Shown one piece after another: positions 55,312-64,000 of a stretch of 64,000 bases of DNA. Source of the stretch: Planctomycetota bacterium (GTDB lineage Bacteria; Planctomycetota; Brocadiia; JAADGH01); assembly GCA_040755855.1 (NCBI GenBank), contig JBFMAD010000005.1, positions 1 through 64,000 of the forward strand, in the 5' to 3' direction. The notes below the pieces were generated by a model. That model ran no database searches. It saw only the letters and a program-made list of their open reading frames with translations, and was not told the DNA's origin. How positions within the stretch are numbered: position 1 is the first letter of the stretch; each line of letters begins with the position of its first letter. The position numbers and the translations under genes were made by a program.

Positions 55312-57486
55312 CTACTGCCTCCGGCTGCTGCGCTCCATCCCGCTCATGTTAGGGAGAACCCCGAGATCCAGCCGGTCGCTCCCCTTGCCGCGACATGGGC
55401 TATCGGGTTTAAGGGAGAAGTCGGACGGCGGATCGCGGAAGAGGGGATCGGACGACAGGCTGCCCAGCCCCTGCCCAGCGGCGATCCAGGATTCGACTTG
55501 GTGGAAGTACTTCCGCCCCTGCCGGGCAAGGGTCTTGCACCCGAAGAGGTCGTTGTGGTGCGCCTTGATCTTCTCGCACGGGTCGCCGAGCGAGATGCCC
55601 GCCCCCGTGCAAAAGGCGATGATGTTGTTCAGGACCTCCACGTCCTTTGACGCATCAACGTCGAGCCCGTCTCCTTCACATTTGTGAAAGATGTTCCCGT
55701 TGATCGTGATCCCCTCCGAGTCGCGGCACTGCATCCCGCTCTTGCGGTTGGCGTGGAGGATATTCCCGGCCACAAGGCAGAGCCGGCTCTTGTTCACATC
55801 AATCCCGCTGCTGTTGCCCTGGGCGCGATTGTCGGCGACCTGCGACCGCTCCGACTCCCAGAGTTGGACGCCGTACGATTCGTTGTCCGCCGCCGTATTG
55901 CCCAGCACGATGGCCCGGTTCCCCTTCACCCGGATGCCCCAGCGGTTCTCGGCGCATGTATTGCCGAAGATCACCACATCGTCCGCCCCCGGCTGGACCA
56001 GGATGCCGTCGTTCGTCGCGCCGACGCATCGGATTCCTTCGACGACCGCGCCGTCCCCTCCTTCCTCGATCGCGATGCAGTGGGCGCGGCTGCGCCCGGC
56101 GTCCACGGTGGGCGTCTGGCCCTGCGCCGCACGAAGGTGGAGGGTCGGCTTGATAAGCGCGATCTCTTCCGCATAGGTCGTGCTGTCGCAGATCTCGATG
56201 ACGTCTCCCGGCCTTGCGTCGGCGACCGCAGCGGCAATGGTTCGATGGTCCGCCGTCCCGTCCTGCGCGACGCGGATCGTCCGGGCGAGGATTGACTGCC
56301 GCCGGGACCGGATCAAGGCCCGAGCAAAGGTCTGTGGGTCCCCGGTTGATTCCATGCGGGGGCCTCCGTCCGACGGCCACGGCTCATCCACGTCGCCGAT
56401 CTCCAGTTCCCCCCTGAGCCAGGCGTGAAAGGCAAGGCCGCCGACCACCAGAAGCGTCGCAAGGGCCAGGATCGCCTGCGCCCAACCTCGCGTTCGGAGT
56501 TCGTCCTCCTCCGTCGGGGGAGGACGGTGGGCGTCGTCGAGAGCAGCGAGAAGCTGGTCGCAATTCTGAAACCGATCGTTCGGGTCCTTCGCCAGCATCT
56601 TCTGGATCAGCGCGCAGACGGCGTCGGGGAGATGGGGCAGGTCGCGCTTCACGGACGGCGGGGGCGTGTCGGCGTGCTGGCGCATGACGGCTAGGGGCGT
56701 CTCACCGGTGAAGGGGGGCTTGCCGGTGAGCATTTTGTAGAGCGTTGCGCCGAGGGAGTAGATGTCGCTCCGGGCGTCGGCGGGCATGCCGTCGCACTGT
56801 TCGGGCGACATGTAGAGCGGCGTGCCGATGACCTGCCCGTCGCCGGTGATGGCGCTGGCGGCCTCGCTGCGGGCCAGACCGAAGTCCATCACCTTCACGG
56901 TCCCCTCCCGGTCGGTCATGATGTTGTCGGGCTTGATGTCGCGGTGGATGATGCCTTTGGCGTGGGCCGCGCCGAGGGCGCGGGCGATGTCTCGGATGAT
57001 GCGGATGGCTTCATCGAGCGGAACCGGCCCCCGCCGCGCGATGATCTGGGCGAGGGTCTGGCCTTCGACGTACTGCATCTCGATGAAGTGCCGCCCCTCC
57101 GCCTCGCCGACGGCGTGGATGCCGACGACGTTCGGGTGTTCGAGTTGCGCGGCGGCGCGGGCCTCGCGGAGGAAGCGCTCCAGATGCTGGCTGCCGGAGA
57201 AGCGGGTGGGGAGAATCTTGAGTGCAATGATGCGGTCGAGGCCGAGGTGCTTCGCCTTGTAAACGACGCCCATGCCGCCTTCGCCGAGGGTCTCGACGAT
57301 CTCGTAATCGCCGAGCCGCTTCGGTGGGGCGTCTTCGTTCGGGCCTTCAGGAGCAAGGGTGGGCGTGTCGTGGGGGATGGCGGTGATGGCCCCTCGGCAG
57401 AAGGGGCACTGTACCGACTCGCCCTCCTTGCCGTCCTCCAGAGCAATCATCTCACGGCAGTTGGGACATCGGAATTCCTTGGGCAT
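55312..57486 (-). CDS. Hanks-type Ser/Thr kinase: zinc ribbon, kinase, TM, extracellular right-handed beta-helix
   Basis: CPNC/CPFC, GEGGMGVVY, HRDIKPDN, DFGLAR and GTPLYMSPEQ motifs; TM segment; NosD/pectin-lyase-like Asn ladders. Confidence 0.92.
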   Translation of the reverse strand: MPKEFRCPNCREMIALEDGKEGESVQCPFCRGAITAIPHDTPTLAPEGPNEDAPPKRLGDYEIVETLGEGGMGVVYKAKHLGLDRIIALKILPTRFSGSQHLERFLREARAAAQLEHPNVVGIHAVGEAEGRHFIEMQYVEGQTLAQIIARRGPVPLDEAIRIIRDIARALGAAHAKGIIHRDIKPDNIMTDREGTVKVMDFGLARSEAASAITGDGQVIGTPLYMSPEQCDGMPADARSDIYSLGATLYKMLTGKPPFTGETPLAVMRQHADTPPPSVKRDLPHLPDAVCALIQKMLAKDPNDRFQNCDQLLAALDDAHRPPPTEEDELRTRGWAQAILALATLLVVGGLAFHAWLRGELEIGDVDEPWPSDGGPRMESTGDPQTFARALIRSRRQSILARTIRVAQDGTADHRTIAAAVADARPGDVIEICDSTTYAEEIALIKPTLHLRAAQGQTPTVDAGRSRAHCIAIEEGGDGAVVEGIRCVGATNDGILVQPGADDVVIFGNTCAENRWGIRVKGNRAIVLGNTAADNESYGVQLWESERSQVADNRAQGNSSGIDVNKSRLCLVAGNILHANRKSGMQCRDSEGITINGNIFHKCEGDGLDVDASKDVEVLNNIIAFCTGAGISLGDPCEKIKAHHNDLFGCKTLARQGRKYFHQVESWIAAGQGLGSLSSDPLFRDPPSDFSLKPDSPCRGKGSDRLDLGVLPNMSGMERSSRRQ

Positions 57487-57525
57487 GGGCTTAACCCTCA
57501 TACGAAGCGACACGCGAAAGAGCAT

Positions 57526-57554
57526 ATGCTAAGAAATGTGACTCGGTTCGTCAA
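57526..57554 (-). promoter_or_regulatory. sigma70 promoter for the kinase
   Basis: TTGACG-17-TAGCAT on the minus strand. Confidence 0.55.
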
Positions 57555-57588
57555 TAGAGGCGCTCGGAGAAACCGCCCTTCTTTCTGC

Positions 57589-57617
57589 TTGCGACACGGG
57601 TGATTGTGCGCTACAAT
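57589..57617 (+). promoter_or_regulatory. sigma70 promoter for the SAS-like bicistron
   Basis: TTGCGA-17-TACAAT. Confidence 0.55.
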
Positions 57618-57683
57618 AAACAAAGGTGGCAATGTTGTCCTGAGACGCAATATCCTCTTGCACTTGGGTAAGGAGGAAAGAAG

Positions 57684-57932
57684 GTGAGCGAGATCTCGGA
57701 AAAAGTGAAACTCCTGAGAGAACATGGTTATCGATATTACGCAAGAAGAGACCTCTATGTGAATTCCGAAGTCAAGAAGGTCTTTAGCTTAGAATGGATT
57801 GAGGACAATTCCATCGACCAGTTGAGGGCGAGTCTTCTGGAGCAAAATTCCTCAGGTGATTGGCTTTTCTACTTCAACGCTGGCGATCCTTCGCCCTATG
57901 TGAGACAAACGCTCATATCCGAGTTCGCCTGA
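57684..57932 (+). CDS. Hypothetical 82-aa protein, candidate antitoxin or partner
   Basis: RBS AAGGAGG, GTG start; stop overlaps the next start (TGATG). Confidence 0.75.
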   Translation: MSEISEKVKLLREHGYRYYARRDLYVNSEVKKVFSLEWIEDNSIDQLRASLLEQNSSGDWLFYFNAGDPSPYVRQTLISEFA

Positions 57933-58600
57933 TGCAAGGGCAAGAATACCAGCCAAGAACGATCGAGGATCGCCTTCGGGAGGAGTACGAGAATATCCTT
58001 CCAGACATGCGGAAGGTCGTTGACGAGCTGGAAACCGAAGTAAATCATTGCCTGCTCCCGCTCAAACGCACCTTGGCCGACCACGAGCAAGTGGTTGTCA
58101 CATCAAGGATCAAGGCATGCGAAAGAGCAATTGACGCTCTCGAGAGGCGGCAAGAAGGAAATGTATTTGACTATGATCGCGCTGGGGAGTACAGCCTACT
58201 GCACCTGAGGGATCTTGCTGGCGTTCGCGTGCTTGTCTTTCCCCGCCATCGGATAGAGGAGGTCAAGCTGGCCCTGCAAAGTCGCTTCCCGGATTGGGAG
58301 GATGATCCCATCCGTGATGAGGAGAACGGGAAGAAGATTCTGGCACACAAGTTCTATGGGCACTGCGAAGCAAGCGCGCAAGTGTGCGCCGAGTACCAAA
58401 TCGTTCCGATGCTCCTGGGGCTGTTCTGGCAAGTTGAGCATGACACAATCTACAAGCCCACAAGCCCTGAGTTATTGGCCATTGCACGGTCCCCGGAAAT
58501 GGCCAATCGGACCTCGGCAGTTATCATCGCGTTGGAACAATTTGCGGCTGAGTTTGATCTGAAGGTACACGAGCAGCGGACCCGGGTAGGTAATGAGTAG
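57932..58600 (+). CDS. Divergent small alarmone synthetase-like (RelA/SpoT nucleotidyltransferase) protein
   Basis: SRIK, DLAGVRV, EYQI and WQVEHDTIYKP motifs; 222 aa with no HD hydrolase domain. Confidence 0.8.
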   Translation: MQGQEYQPRTIEDRLREEYENILPDMRKVVDELETEVNHCLLPLKRTLADHEQVVVTSRIKACERAIDALERRQEGNVFDYDRAGEYSLLHLRDLAGVRVLVFPRHRIEEVKLALQSRFPDWEDDPIRDEENGKKILAHKFYGHCEASAQVCAEYQIVPMLLGLFWQVEHDTIYKPTSPELLAIARSPEMANRTSAVIIALEQFAAEFDLKVHEQRTRVGNE

Positions 58601-58623
58601 CGAGGCGGCAGATCCTGCCCGGA

Positions 58624-61203
<2,580 letters not shown>

Positions 61204-61318
61204 TCCCAGGAGTACCTCCGTCAGCAACGGCAAATTCAAAAACGCAATTTATGCTGTGTCAAAGCATTATATACATTCTTGTGTAGATTTCAACGGCAAA
61301 GGCTGCGAGGAAAAGGGG

Positions 61319-63289
61319 TCACCACACATGCACCGCGTGCCCCTGCCCGGGAAACCAGATGACGTCCACCACAAACGCCAGCACCACACCGAGGGCATAT
61401 CCCACAAGCGTCCCGAGAACGAAGGGCTGGGCCTTTCGATAAAGCGATATCCCGCCGAGTTTGAGGAGGACGAATTTCAGCACCCACGCGATAAAGATGG
61501 CGGACGCCGAGGCCCGGATGGGCCACACGCCACCGATGGTGAATCCCACCGGATGCAGCCGCCACCAGCTCACGTTGTAGTGGAGAATCATTAGCAGGAT
61601 GGTGGCCGCAACACCCACCCCCAGAAACCCGATCCGCCGCCAGTCGGGCTGGGTCGGATTGCGCATCTTGGTGACAATGCTGTCGAAGATCTGGATGTTG
61701 CCGCTCTGGGTCTCCCACGCATTGAAGTTGTAGGCACCGATGGAGTACCCCAGGTAGAGCGTTATCCAGATGGATACCGCAATGCCGACGATGCACGCAA
61801 CAACCAGAGAGACAAGGACCACCCTCCGGGATACGCCCGTCCCCGCGAAGGTCTTGCCCGCGTGGACGCTGTTGTAGGTGATGGCCGACTTTGCGTCGCA
61901 GCAGTAGCAGAAGGTGAAGGCGAGCGAGCTGAGGCTTGCCGGCGAGATAGGGGCTGTGCCGAGTACGCGCACCGTGAACGACTGCGCAGTCAGCGTCCCT
62001 CGGACATACACCAGCCCGCACTGCGCCACGATCTTGCTCACGCCGAGGTGCAGGACCATCGCGCCGAAGATATAGAAGGCCATGACGAGATACCCCATCC
62101 CCATCTGCCGCAACCAGGCGACGATGAACACCAGGCTGAAGACCACCCCCAGCACGGCCGCGCGGTAGGTAACGAGCTCGTCGGAGTCGTCTACATCGGC
62201 GATGGCCGGGTTCCACGCCTTCCGCAGAACGTCCCGGATGTGCCGCCGCGCCATCCATAGCCCCCACAGGACGAGGAACGTGAACCCGCCGAAGCTCTGC
62301 CAGCCGGTGGCGGCGTCGAAGGAGCACCAAAGGTCGGGCGCGCCGATGTCATAGCCGAGCCGCCGCATGATCCCGATTTGAAGGATGATGAGGACGTGGA
62401 AGAACCAGACGCTGAAGAGGACGTCCAAGTTGGTGAAGAAGGCGAACGCGATGACGAAGAAGTTGATCTTCACAAAAATCGCCGGCATGTTCCTGCCCAG
62501 GCGCAGATAGCTCCGGTCGGTGATGCAGGGGATCGCCGGGAACTCGGGGTAGAAGAACCCGATGAGGTTCCAGGCGATGAGGCAGAAGGGGATCGCCGCG
62601 CCGATCCAGAACAGACGGCTCCGCGTGAATCGCGGCAGGAGGCCCGCTTCATCGTCGGCCCCGGCCACCATGAGCTGGGGGACCTCTACGAGTGGGAAAG
62701 TCAGGCGTTCGCGCTCGACCCATTGCCGCCGGAGGATCTGCATGAGGCAGAACTGCCCCACGAAGAAGGCGATGATGAAGAGCATCCACCAGCATAGGGG
62801 GATGACCCACGGCCGCCAAGGGATCGGCTCGCCGGGCGGTAGGCCGTCGAAGAAGCAGCGCATCGCGCCGCCGGCGTCGCTGGGGAAGGCCCAGGAGGGG
62901 ATATAGGGGTGGATGTTCTCGGCCCACTGGTTCTCCAGCGAGGCGAAGTAGTACGGCGTGGCCGTGAGGGCGATCAGGAAGCCGATCAGCCCCAACGTGG
63001 GAAAGACCGCGGAGGCCATCATCATAACAAAGATGATAGTCAGCTCGTCGGGCCGCAGGCAAAACCGCCGGTGGATGAGTTTGAGAAGCGGATTGATAAA
63101 GAGGATCAGGAGGACGAAGGGCATGAGCACGCACATAGGCACATACCCGAAGACGGTGCGGGAGCTATGCACCACGTAGTCCGAATATGGGACCCAGAGG
63201 TTGACCACGACCCCCATTAGGACGCCGACGGCGATGGCGCGAAGGTACAAGGGGGAGCGATGGTCGGGGGTCTGTCGGGCGACTTCCAT
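61319..63289 (-). CDS. Polytopic membrane protein, DUF6785/DUF6784-like putative (peptide) transporter
   Basis: Many TM helices; RRQWVERERLTFPL, WWRLHPVG and KFVLLKLGG..LYR...PF motifs. Confidence 0.75.
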   Translation of the reverse strand: MEVARQTPDHRSPLYLRAIAVGVLMGVVVNLWVPYSDYVVHSSRTVFGYVPMCVLMPFVLLILFINPLLKLIHRRFCLRPDELTIIFVMMMASAVFPTLGLIGFLIALTATPYYFASLENQWAENIHPYIPSWAFPSDAGGAMRCFFDGLPPGEPIPWRPWVIPLCWWMLFIIAFFVGQFCLMQILRRQWVERERLTFPLVEVPQLMVAGADDEAGLLPRFTRSRLFWIGAAIPFCLIAWNLIGFFYPEFPAIPCITDRSYLRLGRNMPAIFVKINFFVIAFAFFTNLDVLFSVWFFHVLIILQIGIMRRLGYDIGAPDLWCSFDAATGWQSFGGFTFLVLWGLWMARRHIRDVLRKAWNPAIADVDDSDELVTYRAAVLGVVFSLVFIVAWLRQMGMGYLVMAFYIFGAMVLHLGVSKIVAQCGLVYVRGTLTAQSFTVRVLGTAPISPASLSSLAFTFCYCCDAKSAITYNSVHAGKTFAGTGVSRRVVLVSLVVACIVGIAVSIWITLYLGYSIGAYNFNAWETQSGNIQIFDSIVTKMRNPTQPDWRRIGFLGVGVAATILLMILHYNVSWWRLHPVGFTIGGVWPIRASASAIFIAWVLKFVLLKLGGISLYRKAQPFVLGTLVGYALGVVLAFVVDVIWFPGQGHAVHVW

Positions 63290-63408
63290 CGGCACACCAG
63301 GGCTTGAACGAGGGGCGCTAAAGCCAAAAAAGTTACCACGCCCATTGCGGCAAAGCAAGCAAAAAGCGATTGCGCGATTGCTTCATTGCTTCATCGAAGG
63401 CAAAGTGC

Positions 63409-63437
63409 TTGACAGGCATAGGTCTTTTTGATATGAT
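63409..63437 (+). promoter_or_regulatory. sigma70 promoter
   Basis: TTGACA-17-TATGAT with extended TG. Confidence 0.7.
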
Positions 63438-63496
63438 GTGGATTTGGCATCGGGCCGGAAGGGCGCGCTGTGCCTCTACGTGGAGGTGGATCAGAC

Positions 63497-64000
63497 ATGG
63501 GCAAGATCAAGAACCCTCAAGAGTTTTTTGAGGTGTTCAAGGGTCCGGAGCTGGACGCGCAGAAGGGCCAGAAACCGGCTGCGCCCCAACAGGTACCCGT
63601 CGCGCCGCCGAAGACGTTGCCGTCTATTGTGCGGCCGACGCTCCGGCCGCGATACGCCGAGGTGGAGGTGACGCCGGGCACGATCACTGTCACCTTCAGC
63701 CATACGGGGCTGGTCCTGGCCATGGCTCTGCTGGCCTTGCTGTTGATTCTGTCGTTTTGGTTTGGGATGCGGCACGCGCTGCGGCCCCGCGGCGCCCCGC
63801 AGGAGGGGGCGAAGCAGGGGGAGCCCACGGCCACCGTCCAGGGCGAGGAACCCTCGATGGACCGTGTTCCGGCGCTGGATATGACGCCCCCATCGAAGGC
63901 GGCGGCGGTCGCGCCGACGGCCTCGCCGACGGAGAAGCCGGCGGAATCGGCCAAGCAGGGGAAGGGGTATTGCCTGCAGTTGATCTCCGCGATACCGAAG
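63497..64000 (+). CDS. Bitopic membrane protein, possibly SPOR-domain (partial; absent from the ORF track)
   Basis: RBS GGAGG; open to the window end: MGKIKNPQEFFEVFK, TM segment, Pro/Ala linker, then GYCLQLISA resembling the first SPOR strand. Confidence 0.65.
   Translation, partial: MGKIKNPQEFFEVFKGPELDAQKGQKPAAPQQVPVAPPKTLPSIVRPTLRPRYAEVEVTPGTITVTFSHTGLVLAMALLALLLILSFWFGMRHALRPRGAPQEGAKQGEPTATVQGEEPSMDRVPALDMTPPSKAAAVAPTASPTEKPAESAKQGKGYCLQLISAIPK

Noticed and set aside
57860..57931. Upstream start for the SAS-like ORF given in the track
   Set aside because: It overlaps the 82-aa gene; the TGATG-coupled ATG at 57932 is more plausible.
61204..61318. T-box riboswitch upstream of leuS
   Set aside because: The spacer is only about 115 nt, with no T-box motif or terminator; only a plain promoter-like TTGAAA-16-TATAAT is seen.

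Overview
GC-rich bacterial chromosomal window with about 55 protein genes and one tRNA-Ser(GCT). It is most consistent with an uncultured, probably anaerobic Planctomycetota genome (inference from zinc-ribbon SpoVG, DUF58-BatA/VWA genes, an H-X9-DG pilin-like domain, mcsA-mcsB-clpC without ctsR, and an AcsE-like methyltransferase). Housekeeping blocks: asd and an RNase HII-like gene; hisD-hisC-hisB-rsmD interleaved with toxin-antitoxin cassettes; DUF58-BatA-ispE-spoVG-ilvBN; queD-hps/RraA-acsE-mcsAB-clpC-mlaEFD-radA-GT4; leuS. Accessory content is mostly exported proteins: two heparinase II/III-like lyases, a GH28-like enzyme, three DUF3352-like scaffolds, a TPR protein, a YyaL-like lipoprotein and a beta-helix Ser/Thr kinase. 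Most notable observations: (1) a coupled two-gene unit encoding an unknown 82-aa protein plus a divergent small RelA/SpoT-type synthetase lacking the GYxSxH motif (toxSAS-like candidate); (2) paralogous scaffold proteins carrying different pilin-like head domains, one inserted in an internal loop; (3) an unannotated Ile/Leu/Val leader peptide before ilvB, with a consensus promoter inside ispE upstream of it; (4) window-wide avoidance of RTCGAY; (5) three different REP-like doublets stacked between mlaD and radA. No CRISPR array, rRNA or prophage seen. All family calls come from motif recognition by eye, not database searches.
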